Shown in pieces: positions 1-9,690 of a stretch of DNA of 64,000 nucleotides. The notes under the pieces are model-generated. The model saw only the letters and a list, made by a program, of their open reading frames with translations. It did no database searches and was not told where the DNA came from. The translations under genes were made by a program, and so were the position numbers. Source of the DNA: a virus; the IMG/VR virus record IMGVR_UViG_3300024302_000005, positions 1 through 64,000 of that record. One strand, 5' to 3'. The first letter of the stretch is position 1. Each line of letters starts with the position of its first letter.

Positions 1-73
1 AAGAACGGCTAAAGAAACTTGAACTGGATAAATGGCCAGAGCCATGCAAATGTATTGGCTGTAGGCCGGACCT

Positions 74-265
74 TTATGTAGGGTAACTGGTGCCGACAAC
101 ACAATAGGCGTCAAACTTTGCCGCGTTCATTTGTTGCGCCATAGTAGCAGCGACGGGCTTCATGCTCTGGCATTGTGAAATCGTCAGGTCTGGCATTTCC
201 ATTCGCATACAGTACGCCACCGGCTGAATGATGCACCATGACGCGACAAGGAGCCAGACGCTCAC
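74..265 (-). CDS. hypothetical protein downstream of lysis cassette
   Basis: 63-aa ORF, start overlaps stop of upstream lipoprotein gene (ATGA-type coupling). Confidence 0.5.
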   Translation of the reverse strand: MSVWLLVASWCIIQPVAYCMRMEMPDLTISQCQSMKPVAATMAQQMNAAKFDAYCVVGTSYPT

Positions 266-465
266 TGATTTAGCTCATCGCACTCAACGCCGTGTTTGAT
301 GACGTCCTTGAACCAATATCCTGTCGCCGTTTCCTTCTGCCCCTGCATATGGTCAATGACCGATGTCGGGGGCCAGGGGAACGACGGACAGCTACTTATT
401 GTTACGCTTTGACAAGACGCCACGGGCAACAAGAATAGCATCATCAAAACTTTTGACTTTGTCAT
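262..465 (-). CDS. o-spanin (Rz1-like) outer-membrane lipoprotein
   Basis: Signal peptide with lipobox-like VASC, Pro-rich mature part (CPSFPWPP), overlaps 3' end of the i-spanin candidate, in lysis cassette. Confidence 0.65.
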   Translation of the reverse strand: MTKSKVLMMLFLLPVASCQSVTISSCPSFPWPPTSVIDHMQGQKETATGYWFKDVIKHGVECDELNQ

Positions 466-616
466 TGGCCTTGTCCCTTGCTTTGATCAAGCGCCCAGCG
501 TTGGCCGCGCTGACGCGGTTTTCACCATCTTTACGCAAACCCTCGTCCCTGAACATGCCCATAGCCAGCTCGACTACAGACATGATCAGGTTGACGAGTT
601 TAATACCGCTAAGCAT
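392..616 (-). CDS. i-spanin (Rz-like)
   Basis: N-terminal hydrophobic segment followed by a charged helical region; start moved to MLSGIK at 616; overlapped by lipoprotein ORF. Confidence 0.55.
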   Translation of the reverse strand: MLSGIKLVNLIMSVVELAMGMFRDEGLRKDGENRVSAANAGRLIKARDKANDKVKSFDDAILVARGVLSKRNNK

Positions 617-803
617 CGTCGGCGTTCTTTGCTTTACCAAAGTTGAGGCCCACAACATTGATGACGTTCAGGATCATACCGATGATCTTGTCGTCTGACT
701 TCGTCGGCGTCAGCGCAGCGATGCCGGCACAGGCAGTAACCAATGCAGTGATTGCCGTCAGCCATTCAGGCATCGATGCGATGATAGCCATTAAATTACC
801 CAT
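609..803 (-). CDS. small membrane protein, putative holin
   Basis: 64 aa, two hydrophobic segments separated by TPTKSDDK, directly downstream of endolysin. Confidence 0.6.
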   Translation of the reverse strand: MGNLMAIIASMPEWLTAITALVTACAGIAALTPTKSDDKIIGMILNVINVVGLNFGKAKNADDA

Positions 804-804
804 G

Positions 805-1203
805 TTACTTGTCCTTCAGTTGACGCCATTCGGCGTGTTCAAAATGGGGTAGGTCAAGGAACGATGTCCATGTTCCACCCCAAACTATTGGCACCCCGTG
901 TGCCGCTCCTGTGGCAGTGATCAGGCCCCCCAAATAATGAAATGCCTTCTGGCCCTCATCAGACCAATCGACAGGGTAGGGATACAGATCTACTGCCAGC
1001 CCAAATTGGTGCGGGGATTCCCCGGCTCGGGCCTTAGATTTCCCATCAGCGAATAATCGATCTTGCGTCAGGCCATCGCGGAGCCCAGCGACACAAGAAA
1101 AATCTATCGCCGATGCTTTGATCGCAGCCTTCACTACGACTTGCATATGGACACTCGCTGTTGAGAGGTGCCCGAGGCTGGCCGTGCCTAGTTCAAACAT
1201 CAC
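805..1203 (-). CDS. endolysin, peptidase M15 (L-Ala-D-Glu peptidase type)
   Basis: Motifs GLR..Q, SPHQFGLAVD, WGG.W..FLDLPHFE. Confidence 0.9.
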   Translation of the reverse strand: MMFELGTASLGHLSTASVHMQVVVKAAIKASAIDFSCVAGLRDGLTQDRLFADGKSKARAGESPHQFGLAVDLYPYPVDWSDEGQKAFHYLGGLITATGAAHGVPIVWGGTWTSFLDLPHFEHAEWRQLKDK

Positions 1204-1460
1204 TTGTCCTTATGTATCCGGTCCATCATCTTGTCTACGTCGCGGCGAAGATACTTGACTTCGATTTGTGTCTCGACCGCCTCGTCTTTCTTTCGCCAGA
1301 GCGCACCGATCTGGTTCGCCAAGTTCTCCAGCCGTTCGTGGATCGCCTTGATGGCGTCGGCGTTTTTGGCTGCGGCTAATTTCATCGCATACCAGGCGGA
1401 AATGACACTGAAGACGGCTACACCTATCGGGATCAACCCTTCGAATGTGGTCAGGTCCAT
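1200..1460 (-). CDS. membrane protein with coiled-coil tail (holin/antiholin-like)
   Basis: One TM helix (LIPIGVAVFSVISAWYAM) then heptad region; start reassigned to MDLTT at 1460. Confidence 0.55.
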   Translation of the reverse strand: MDLTTFEGLIPIGVAVFSVISAWYAMKLAAAKNADAIKAIHERLENLANQIGALWRKKDEAVETQIEVKYLRRDVDKMMDRIHKDK

Positions 1461-1467
1461 CTGGCAC

Positions 1468-1716
1468 CTAGTTGTTGTTATCACTTGAGTAGTGAGAATC
1501 AAGCCTAGTTTCAATACGTGTTAGTGAAGCTAGGATACGGGCCTCCATACCTTCTACTACATTAGTTGTTGCGTATGTTTCAGCTATATATAACTTAAAC
1601 TTATTAAGAGCGTCCTTATTGCCTTCAATACGTCCAGTTAGTTTCCAATACAAGAAGCCTAGTAGTACCATAACAGGCATACCAACGGCATTAGCTAATG
1701 ATAGTAGATCAGTCAT
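1468..1716 (-). CDS. membrane protein with coiled-coil tail (holin/antiholin-like)
   Basis: One TM helix plus FKLYIAETYAT...LTRIETRLD tail typical of small phage lysis-region membrane proteins. Confidence 0.6.
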   Translation of the reverse strand: MTDLLSLANAVGMPVMVLLGFLYWKLTGRIEGNKDALNKFKLYIAETYATTNVVEGMEARILASLTRIETRLDSHYSSDNNN

Positions 1717-2168
1717 ATTAACTCACTAGGTAAGTATGCGTCCATATCATCCGTGTTTGTCATAGCGTCTAGTGCTGGTCCCATGACATCAGGCAAGTCA
1801 CGCAACGTCTGCTTCTCAACAGCACTGTTAGCCACTGTACGATTAGCACCGGGACGTTCAATCAGGTTGTCTTTGATCTCGTCGTCCATCTTGTCCAGCT
1901 TGGCATTACGCATACCACGAAGCTGATCAAGGCGTTCTGCACGAACCTTGGGCAGACGCCATGCGTGAACCTTCAACTCGTCACTGGTAACTTCAACAGC
2001 CAGTGTGTCAGCGTCTGGTACAATCTCAGGTGTTAGCTCAACACCGTCAACGTCATGTGTTGCCGGGATTGTTGCGGCCTTCACACGATCATCAAGGATG
2101 CCTGATACAGAGCCTTGGCCACCGACAAGTGTTCGTATGCCATTGGCTTCTACGATTAATTCATTCAT
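1713..2168 (-). CDS. tail fibre assembly chaperone-like protein
   Basis: LR..RNAKL and QTLRDLP motifs, directly downstream of tail fibre; start reassigned to MNELIV at 2168. Confidence 0.65.
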   Translation of the reverse strand: MNELIVEANGIRTLVGGQGSVSGILDDRVKAATIPATHDVDGVELTPEIVPDADTLAVEVTSDELKVHAWRLPKVRAERLDQLRGMRNAKLDKMDDEIKDNLIERPGANRTVANSAVEKQTLRDLPDVMGPALDAMTNTDDMDAYLPSELI

Positions 2169-2169
2169 T

Positions 2170-4635
2170 TTATTGCCCTTCCAATTCGCCACATATCATA
2201 ACGCAAACACCATCTGCGTCACCAAAGGCAGTGCCATCATGGATAACCACTTCAATAGTTGTCCTGTCTGAGTTAGCTTCAACCCACTTGGGGGTGTCTG
2301 CGTTATCATTAGCCGACATACCAAATGTCACAGCGTAGTTGCCACCCTCTGTCGCGTTAGATTTAAAGGGTACTGCAAATGTTACTTGGTAACGTCCAGT
2401 ACTGTTCTGGCTTACGCTTTTAATGTTGTAGCTGCTGTATATTTGGAAGCTGCTATCACCATTGAAGTACACCCAAGCGGCAAGCTTGCTCAGATCAACA
2501 CCAGCAAATTCTTCCTGCAACACCTTCACTTCATCAAACACCGTCCTGATAACTTCAGCAGGGCGACTAATCGACAGGTCCGTGGCCCCAACTTCAATGA
2601 GCGTATCGTTCCAAGATTTAAGATGTTCAAAGGCTGTGTTGGCACCCAAGGTTGCCTGTGTTGTTGCAACAAGGCCATCCCAGATCGTCATGCTATCTGT
2701 TTGAGTAACAGCGACCTTGCCGTTAGGGTCTACGTCAACGTCCAAGACAGCATCAGTAGTTCCTGATTGCAGGAGTACCTTGGCGGCTGTTTCAAACATG
2801 CCCTTTTCAGCTTCGTAGATCGCACGAACTTGTGCTGCTGATGGGGCTGTTGTTGAAAGTCTGGCTAAGGTAAGGCTGCAAGTGTCTGCGGCGTTTGTAT
2901 AATCATAACCGTCGCAACCGATGCCGAGCTTCATCGCCGCATCAGTAATTGATCCGCCGACTGTGCCTCCAGTGTTCTCCATTTCCAATACGCCATCAAT
3001 ATACATCTGGATAGCGGATGAGTTTCTGAGCAGAACAGCCATGTGCCAATCGCCGTCATCATACGTCTGCGTTCCGTCCAGCGATACGTTGCCAGCAGAG
3101 GTTAGCCAGCGGTAACGCATAACGCCACTTGTCAACAGGTGTATGCCAACATGATAAGACGCACCACTTAATGTGATCAGTAGCTCATCACCGGTATTAC
3201 CAGACGTCTTGAACCAAATCATCTGGCTGAAGTCGCCTGTTCCGATTGCGTTGTAATCTGTATCTGTTGCACGATACAGGTAATTTGTAGTGTCGCTAAA
3301 CCCACTATAAGCCAGCAACTCACCACTCGCACCGTCTGCGGAGGCCGATGTTACAGTGCCGTTCTCAGTCAGCGTGTTGGCCTTGAAGCTACGATCAGCC
3401 GTTGCAGAGTTTGCAAGCCATGCGCCCTTAATACTGCCGCAAGTATACCCACTGTTGTAAGTGCGATTGATTGTTGCAGATATAATATCTGCCGACGTTG
3501 GGGTCTTTGTTGTTGCGTTCAGACCTTGAAGAATTGTAACGCCATTTGTATGTGCGCCAACCATAGTGTTACCATTGGCAGCAACTTTACCGTCAGCACC
3601 AAAGGATATAGGTGGGTTGTTACTCGCCATTGGTCCCATTGCGCCGGACCAATCATCGGCAGTGAGCGTGGTAATTGGCGGAGAAATAAGAACAGTATCC
3701 CCGGCGTCATTGTTTGTTCCAACAATTCTGCCAAGCATGATTGCTACGCCTGTGTTTCCTGCCGTAGTAGCATAGTCCCATACGTTACCGTCGTATTTAA
3801 TAACTGAGTGACTATCTGCACCTGTCCCGTAGCTGACACCAAAGCAGGGCATCTTACCACCTGTCCGTGGATCATAAATCCAATCATCATGGACACCTGC
3901 GGCAACGCCAATCACATCATTGTTGTTCAAAGCTGGCGTTGTACTGGTAGACAGTGACCGGGGCCAGCCTGTTGTGGCTTCAGCCCATGAACCAGTGTCG
4001 TACTTGTGGATGATGTGCATACCATCTTCAGAACCGACGATAATGTAACCCATGCTCTGTGCAATAGAGGTTACAGTCGCGGCACCTGTCAGGGTTACGC
4101 TTGCAGTAGCAGAGCCACCAACAACACCTGATACGTCAATCTTCCAAAGTTCAACAGTACCATCTGCACCAGCGTCTTTAACTGTGGCGATGTACGTGCC
4201 TGAACCGTCTGGCATGACGAATGGCTGTGTAGTCGCAACGTAGGTGCCATCAGTCTCTATGACGCCTGAGATGGCGGAAGGATCAGCAGCAATACCGGTC
4301 AAATTAGAGCCATCACCTGTCGGTGTCAGATACTTGGAATCTGTCTCGGTCTTGGAATAGGTATCACCAAGGACTCGAGCCTTGTCAGCTGTGATCTGAA
4401 CAACTTCACCAGCTGTAAATGCAGGGCTAAATCCGGTCATGGTAAGACCGTCTGTAGCTACATAATCAGTGACGTCTTGTTCAATGCCGTTACGGGATAC
4501 CGTGACAGCGCCAACTCGGTATACCAGCGTGTTGCTGGCATCATCTAGTCCAGACAGAGAGGTCCCAGAAGTAGGTCGAAATACGAACCTACTAATGCTG
4601 CTATCAATCTCTGATATCTCCGTAGCAAAAGGCAT
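2170..4635 (-). CDS. tail fibre / receptor-binding protein with LamG (concanavalin-like) domain
   Basis: GDGSNLTGI tail-fibre motif; LamG signature FSQMIWFKT...DDGDWHM...MYIDG; C-terminal AWVYFNG...SYNIKSV...GRYQVTF domain. Confidence 0.8.
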   Translation of the reverse strand: MPFATEISEIDSSISRFVFRPTSGTSLSGLDDASNTLVYRVGAVTVSRNGIEQDVTDYVATDGLTMTGFSPAFTAGEVVQITADKARVLGDTYSKTETDSKYLTPTGDGSNLTGIAADPSAISGVIETDGTYVATTQPFVMPDGSGTYIATVKDAGADGTVELWKIDVSGVVGGSATASVTLTGAATVTSIAQSMGYIIVGSEDGMHIIHKYDTGSWAEATTGWPRSLSTSTTPALNNNDVIGVAAGVHDDWIYDPRTGGKMPCFGVSYGTGADSHSVIKYDGNVWDYATTAGNTGVAIMLGRIVGTNNDAGDTVLISPPITTLTADDWSGAMGPMASNNPPISFGADGKVAANGNTMVGAHTNGVTILQGLNATTKTPTSADIISATINRTYNSGYTCGSIKGAWLANSATADRSFKANTLTENGTVTSASADGASGELLAYSGFSDTTNYLYRATDTDYNAIGTGDFSQMIWFKTSGNTGDELLITLSGASYHVGIHLLTSGVMRYRWLTSAGNVSLDGTQTYDDGDWHMAVLLRNSSAIQMYIDGVLEMENTGGTVGGSITDAAMKLGIGCDGYDYTNAADTCSLTLARLSTTAPSAAQVRAIYEAEKGMFETAAKVLLQSGTTDAVLDVDVDPNGKVAVTQTDSMTIWDGLVATTQATLGANTAFEHLKSWNDTLIEVGATDLSISRPAEVIRTVFDEVKVLQEEFAGVDLSKLAAWVYFNGDSSFQIYSSYNIKSVSQNSTGRYQVTFAVPFKSNATEGGNYAVTFGMSANDNADTPKWVEANSDRTTIEVVIHDGTAFGDADGVCVMICGELEGQ

Positions 4636-4958
4636 TAGGTCAGCTCCAGAATGGCCAATGTGTAATCGATCCGGCTAGTGGCGTTAGCGCCAATCTCAAT
4701 GGTGTCACCAGCTTCCAATGTATATTTGGTGTCCAAGGCGAAAGAGTTGGTAATCGGGATATTCAGGGTATCATGAATCTGAATAGTAGCACCGGCACTG
4801 GTATCCACAATATTCATGCTGAATTCGACAACATCTGTTGCATGGATGTTAGACATGCTGCCGCCAATAACCAAGGCAGTAGTCAGAGCAGGGCAGGTGT
4901 AGACAGTTGTCAGGCTAGCTGCTGCGTGTCCGTCTGCGTTCTTAAAAGCTGATGGCAT
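4635..4958 (-). CDS. small tail-associated structural protein
   Basis: 107-aa beta-rich ORF (TTVYTCP...LEAGDTI) between two fibre genes. Confidence 0.6.
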   Translation of the reverse strand: MPSAFKNADGHAAASLTTVYTCPALTTALVIGGSMSNIHATDVVEFSMNIVDTSAGATIQIHDTLNIPITNSFALDTKYTLEAGDTIEIGANATSRIDYTLAILELT

Positions 4959-4970
4959 GATATCTGTCCT

Positions 4971-6098
4971 TTAACCTAATGCGATTGCCATAACGATGGC
5001 TTGTTCTGTAGCTGCTGCGGCACCGGCCGCGGTTGCTGCTGCTGTTGTAATTGCGGCTACTGCCCAAGCTGCACTGTCATAAATCATTAGCTCATCGTTA
5101 CCTGTGTGGAAGTACAGATCTCCTTCTTGGAGAGCAGAAGCATCGTTACGTGTAGCAGGATCTGAGGCCTTACCACCTTGGTAAACGTCAGCGAAGTTAG
5201 TGATATCAGCTACGTTAGCTGCAGCCGTAGAGACATCTGCAACAATAGCCGCTACCCCAGTAATATCCGTACTGATAGGGCCCAGGAGTTGGATATCAGC
5301 TGTGTCGCCAGCAACAATAGTAATATTTGCACTGTCACCGGCCACCGTAGTGATATTGCCGGAAATACCAGCTGCTGTAGTAATATCAGCACTAATTGGG
5401 CCCAATGCTTGGATATCCGCGGTATCTCCTGCAACAATCCCGATATCTGCTCCATCGGCAGCAACAGTAGCAATATCAGCAGAATCGGCTGCTACGATAT
5501 CAATATTGGTTTGTTCTGCAGAAGTAGGCTTCATTCCGAGCCAAGCAGCACCGCCTAAATCATACGTCATCATGGTGTTGAGTGTCGTATCGAAGTAGAT
5601 GGCCCCGTCTATCAAGGCGTTTCCATCGTTATCTAAGGTAGGCTGGGCAGCTGTGGAAAATGTACCAAGGAAACGATCATCAAAAGTATCAAGAGCAGCT
5701 TCTGCAGCCGTCTGTGCTGCAAGGGCACCTGTCTCTGCCGTTTCTGCGTTGTTCTCACTGGTCAATGCCGCTGCAGCAGATGCAGCTGCACCGGCTATCG
5801 TCTCAGTCAGGGCGTCATTCAGCATAATAGTTGTGACACGCAGCTCGCAAATAGAGCCAGCTGGGAAGGCGTATCCGGAAGTGTTGTCTGCCCCGCGTTC
5901 TACCGTCAACTCGTTGACGCTAATCGAGGTTACCTTAATAATCTCAACTGTACCGGGGGTTGCCAGCGTCAAATAACAATAATCAGCACCGCCAACAGCT
6001 GGAAAATCTGAAGCGTCATCCACATCGATAGTCGTCTGACTATCTGTGATCAGTGCGCTGGTTAGCGTTGTTGCGTTATTTAGGAATAATACACCCAT
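4971..6098 (-). CDS. tail fibre / appendage shaft protein
   Basis: N-terminal EIIKVT...LTVERG module, FDDRFLG motif, Ala/Ile/Asp 7/14-residue repeats, C-terminal AIVMAIALG. Confidence 0.75.
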   Translation of the reverse strand: MGVLFLNNATTLTSALITDSQTTIDVDDASDFPAVGGADYCYLTLATPGTVEIIKVTSISVNELTVERGADNTSGYAFPAGSICELRVTTIMLNDALTETIAGAAASAAAALTSENNAETAETGALAAQTAAEAALDTFDDRFLGTFSTAAQPTLDNDGNALIDGAIYFDTTLNTMMTYDLGGAAWLGMKPTSAEQTNIDIVAADSADIATVAADGADIGIVAGDTADIQALGPISADITTAAGISGNITTVAGDSANITIVAGDTADIQLLGPISTDITGVAAIVADVSTAAANVADITNFADVYQGGKASDPATRNDASALQEGDLYFHTGNDELMIYDSAAWAVAAITTAAATAAGAAAATEQAIVMAIALG

Positions 6099-6105
6099 GA
6101 TTCAC

Positions 6106-6552
6106 CTATTCTACCGTAATCGTCCAGCTGATCGTCATCGTATCTGTCTCAGCTTTCTCCACTGTAGAGAAGACAGTACGAGCTAACATGTCGCCAACTG
6201 TTGCATGATTAAAGATACCCGCTTCTTTGATAGTGGTAGTAGCAGGGGCAGTTACATCCGGAACATCTGCAGCCAAGGTGAGCTCAAAAGTGATGGTGTT
6301 ATCCAACACTACGCCACCAGCTGTATTTAGAGCTGCACGGTAAATTTCATTATCAAGCACCGTGTCAGCAATAACAGCTGCTGTGGAGCCATCACCGATA
6401 GCCATGTGTGACATTACTGCATCACCCGCTCCACCCATTCGTGAAGCAATCCAGTCGTGTCCCGCGGTAACTACCAGGTTCTTAATATCACGGACGATCT
6501 CTCCGTTAATACGAATAACTACCCGGCCAGTTAATTTAAATTTATCTTTCAT
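6106..6552 (-). CDS. tail structural protein
   Basis: KNLVVTAG, MAIGDG, IKEAGIFN, MLARTVF motifs typical of tail/fibre-attachment proteins. Confidence 0.7.
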   Translation of the reverse strand: MKDKFKLTGRVVIRINGEIVRDIKNLVVTAGHDWIASRMGGAGDAVMSHMAIGDGSTAAVIADTVLDNEIYRAALNTAGGVVLDNTITFELTLAADVPDVTAPATTTIKEAGIFNHATVGDMLARTVFSTVEKAETDTMTISWTITVE

Positions 6553-6740
6553 TAGCCTAGTGCCACTCCATCTAAAACAGCCCCGTTAAGGGCAGTATTC
6601 GTCATAATCGTTCTGGTAAGTATATCGGTTACATCAACCGCATCCAGGACCTTGGCATTCTTACTACCATAGTCCACCAATACGGCTGCCTCTACCTTCT
6701 CGAAGGTAACGCCAGCTGTGGCTGTTCCTGCGGTAGGCAT
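6552..6740 (-). CDS. small structural-module protein
   Basis: 62-aa ORF with start/stop overlaps to both neighbours. Confidence 0.55.
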   Translation of the reverse strand: MPTAGTATAGVTFEKVEAAVLVDYGSKNAKVLDAVDVTDILTRTIMTNTALNGAVLDGVALG

Positions 6741-7117
6741 TAGAAGGCATCCCGTATTTTGAATTTCATCCGGTCAAACAACTTCATGATCCGGCCATTG
6801 GTATAGGTAAGTTCGATCTCACCTTCATACGTGCCTGCATCCACATCCAATGTGGTGAGGTTCCATGGCATATAACATACGCCATCCGTATAAGGAGCGA
6901 CCTTAACGCAGACCATTGTATCGAGAATTGTTGTAGCGCCCAGTAGCCGGAATTTAACACGGACAGTAGGGTCGGTAAGGTCAATGAGAGCCCAAGTGGA
7001 TGAATCATCTGGATCTAACACAAGACCAGATGCGGCCGTATTAGAATCCCGTAGAGTCAAATTGATCTCAGGTTTATCGTCACCTGCTACCAGGTTGATT
7101 GTTTCGTAATAGGCCAT
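6740..7117 (-). CDS. tail protein, BppU N-terminal-like Ig fold
   Basis: GDDKPEINLTLRD...IDLT...AGTYEGEIELTY pattern. Confidence 0.6.
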   Translation of the reverse strand: MAYYETINLVAGDDKPEINLTLRDSNTAASGLVLDPDDSSTWALIDLTDPTVRVKFRLLGATTILDTMVCVKVAPYTDGVCYMPWNLTTLDVDAGTYEGEIELTYTNGRIMKLFDRMKFKIRDAF

Positions 7118-7121
7118 TCAG

Positions 7122-7195
7122 TCCACCAGTTTAACCGCTACGCGGGTTGTTCTCAGCATTGGAGTTTGCCGAGCAACAATAACTAAACTGGTGGA
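7122..7195 (-). promoter_or_regulatory. structured intergenic RNA element covering the RBS of 6740..7117
   Basis: Perfect 12-bp inverted repeat TCCACCAGTTTA (7122-7133) / TAAACTGGTGGA (7184-7195) enclosing two smaller hairpins. Confidence 0.55.
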
Positions 7196-7205
7196 TAAGT
7201 CAATC

Positions 7206-7880
7206 TTATACGAAACCGTTGTCGTCTAATTTAGTATTTATCTCCTGCTCGCCGGCACCCCACATACCGGAATTAACCACCTGCTTGCAGCTGGCTTCGT
7301 ACCGTAAATAGTAGGTATTGTTCTCATCCTTAATGTCACCACTAATAGCGCTGTGGGCCATGTAGGCTGCGTAGTTCAGGATGCATTCCGTATAGACCTG
7401 ACTAACTTTGAGGTCCAAAGCGGAGTTGGTGGCTACCTTGGGAGAGGCCGAATATTTCATGATAATCAAGGAACGAGCTTCGTCGTCTGTGCCCTTAATT
7501 AACGCCTTAAATGGTTCTGGAATCAGGATAGATACCTTGGTATCCACGGAGTCAACGAGCTGTACTCGAGGATCCTTAATCGTTACCGGGTCAAAGTCAG
7601 CAGCGTAATAAGCTTCCAGCGGAATAAGGAAATCAGTAGGTAAATCGAACTCTTCGCCGCTTACCGGGTTATCCAATTCCACTTGTTTCTCGATCAATTG
7701 GAACCGTTTATGTACAGCAAGGTTAGCTAAATTAACATAATCAACGAATTTGTCTTGATTAGCTAATTGCACGGTTGAGGGTGCTACATCCGGATTAAGG
7801 CTCATATCCCCGACGTTGCTAACGGCTAGCTTGCTGCAGCTGGTGCTAACTAGGAAATCAATGTAACCGGAAACTTTCAT
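7206..7880 (-). CDS. head-tail adaptor (N4 gp67-like)
   Basis: NLANLAVHKRF and YYLRYEASC...NTKLDDNGFV patterns; position immediately downstream of terminase as in N4. Confidence 0.75.
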   Translation of the reverse strand: MKVSGYIDFLVSTSCSKLAVSNVGDMSLNPDVAPSTVQLANQDKFVDYVNLANLAVHKRFQLIEKQVELDNPVSGEEFDLPTDFLIPLEAYYAADFDPVTIKDPRVQLVDSVDTKVSILIPEPFKALIKGTDDEARSLIIMKYSASPKVATNSALDLKVSQVYTECILNYAAYMAHSAISGDIKDENNTYYLRYEASCKQVVNSGMWGAGEQEINTKLDDNGFV

Positions 7881-7892
7881 GGTATCATCCTG

Positions 7893-9494
7893 TTATACGA
7901 AGTAGGAACTTCCACCTACCTGTTTAGTTTCGTCACTCCACATGTCGGAACCAAAGGACTCATCCTCTTCTTCCTCCATCGGGCCTACTTCGCTCGGCTT
8001 CCATGCATTCAATTCGGCCAGCATAGATATCGTATCGATCTGGTCATCATGCTTACTCTTGAAGCCCTTGAAAGTAGCCAATGAGAGCTCAGAAATCAAC
8101 TCCGTAAGCTGAGGACTTTCTTTTAGCTCTTCCGGCAGCCAAATTTTCTTGGCCTTAAATAGCGGTACAGCGTTCTGTTGGAACCTGCTCATCTTGTCCT
8201 TGGTAGGCCGGATACCAATGGTATTGCCAGAGCCTTGACCCTTGGACAGGGTGAAATAGTTATTACGATTGCCCATCTCATTCTGGATCCAGGCAATGAA
8301 TCCGCCCTGCTGACCGGTGACCTCGATGCCCACTTCCTGCGGGTTGTAGATTTGAACTAACCTAAACAGGTTATCGATGGACTCATCCATTAGCACCCGC
8401 TTACAGAACCCGTCTACCCACAGCCAGTCACCGTTATTGTTCAGGGCCCAGACATTTATGACACTAAAGTCCGCATGCTCCTTGTCACTTGTTGCAAAAT
8501 CAGTGGTGATATAGAAATTATACGCACCCTTATTCCGCATAACAGTGGAATGCTTGTAGTAAATAATATCGACATCGTCGATTAGGCGTTCTTCCGGGGA
8601 CATGATTCGCAGCATTAGCTCCTGATTAAAGGCATCTGTCTTACCTGCCAGCTTAGCCTTGGTATACTGATTCTTGACATAGTCATAGTTAAATCGATCA
8701 TCCCAAGCTCCGCGGAATTCTTCCCGAGTACAAGGAAAAGCTTCGCAAACAGGGTATACGTTGACATGCCAAGCTCCTGATTCGATAGCCTTATATAAGG
8801 GATCCCTAGCATTAAACGGTGTTCCGGACCAAATAGTCTTACGCTTATTTGGGTGCAGTGCGTAATCGATCGCCTTGTAAACTGTGTTCTCTACGTTCTC
8901 GATAATAGTGGGAGATTTAGCATCCTCATCGCCAATCAGATCATCAAGGATAGCCAGCTGCGGCCGGGTATTCAATTCCACTGTACCACGTACACCGGTC
9001 TTGGCACCGTGCCCAGTAACCACAAATTCCTTACCCGAGGCATTCTTAAAATGCCACCGAATGTCAGTAAATCGAGCTTTCGTGAGGTATTTGATCAGAA
9101 AAGGGCTATTTTCACAGCGCCTTTCCATCCTTAACCGCATTTTCTTAACACCGTTCTCAATACTATCTGAGACATACAGGGCGTAATCCACATCCCCAAA
9201 ACCAGGGATACCCCCGTAAACAGCAATGTAGAGAAACAGGTATTCAGCAAAAATAGTGGTCTTGGCAAGTCCGCGGGAACACATGTTAGCAATGTTCTGT
9301 TTCTTGCCTACGATGTTATCCAGCATACGGTAGTGGATGACAGGAGTTAGGTTCTCCTCACCCTCCTCACCATTAACCAATTTGATAAATGATACGAACT
9401 CCAGTGCGAACTCACTGGGCACATAGTCGTAATCTTCGGAGTAATCCGTATCATTCAGCCATTCATCGACTGTTTTCTTAATCAAATCCGTCAT
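7893..9494 (-). CDS. terL: terminase large subunit (N4 gp68-like)
   Basis: CSRGLAKTT Walker A, LAILDD Walker B, TTDFATS and KHDDQIDT nuclease motifs; start reassigned to MTDLIKK at 9494. Confidence 0.93.
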   Translation of the reverse strand: MTDLIKKTVDEWLNDTDYSEDYDYVPSEFALEFVSFIKLVNGEEGEENLTPVIHYRMLDNIVGKKQNIANMCSRGLAKTTIFAEYLFLYIAVYGGIPGFGDVDYALYVSDSIENGVKKMRLRMERRCENSPFLIKYLTKARFTDIRWHFKNASGKEFVVTGHGAKTGVRGTVELNTRPQLAILDDLIGDEDAKSPTIIENVENTVYKAIDYALHPNKRKTIWSGTPFNARDPLYKAIESGAWHVNVYPVCEAFPCTREEFRGAWDDRFNYDYVKNQYTKAKLAGKTDAFNQELMLRIMSPEERLIDDVDIIYYKHSTVMRNKGAYNFYITTDFATSDKEHADFSVINVWALNNNGDWLWVDGFCKRVLMDESIDNLFRLVQIYNPQEVGIEVTGQQGGFIAWIQNEMGNRNNYFTLSKGQGSGNTIGIRPTKDKMSRFQQNAVPLFKAKKIWLPEELKESPQLTELISELSLATFKGFKSKHDDQIDTISMLAELNAWKPSEVGPMEEEEDESFGSDMWSDETKQVGGSSYFV

Positions 9495-9690
9495 GTACGC
9501 CCCACTTGTCACCCATGCCGCCCTCAGAGGACTCATCGATGTCCCGGCCCAGCATATGCACACAGCTCTCGTAGCGCCCTATAGCGTCTCCTGCATGCCC
9601 CTCGTCATGGGTACACTCACCCTCCATACCAGAACCATCGCCAATCCAATAGATACAGTTCTCACACACTTCGTCGAGCCGGCTACTCAT
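9478..9690 (-). CDS. small Cys-rich protein
   Basis: CENCIYW...GEC...C pattern; overlaps both neighbours; start at MSSRLD. Confidence 0.55.
   Translation of the reverse strand: MSSRLDEVCENCIYWIGDGSGMEGECTHDEGHAGDAIGRYESCVHMLGRDIDESSEGGMGDKWGVHDGFD

Noticed and set aside
5200-5520. Periodic repeats as a CRISPR array or DGR
   Set aside because: Degenerate in-frame coding repeats of a fibre shaft; no spacers and no reverse transcriptase in the window
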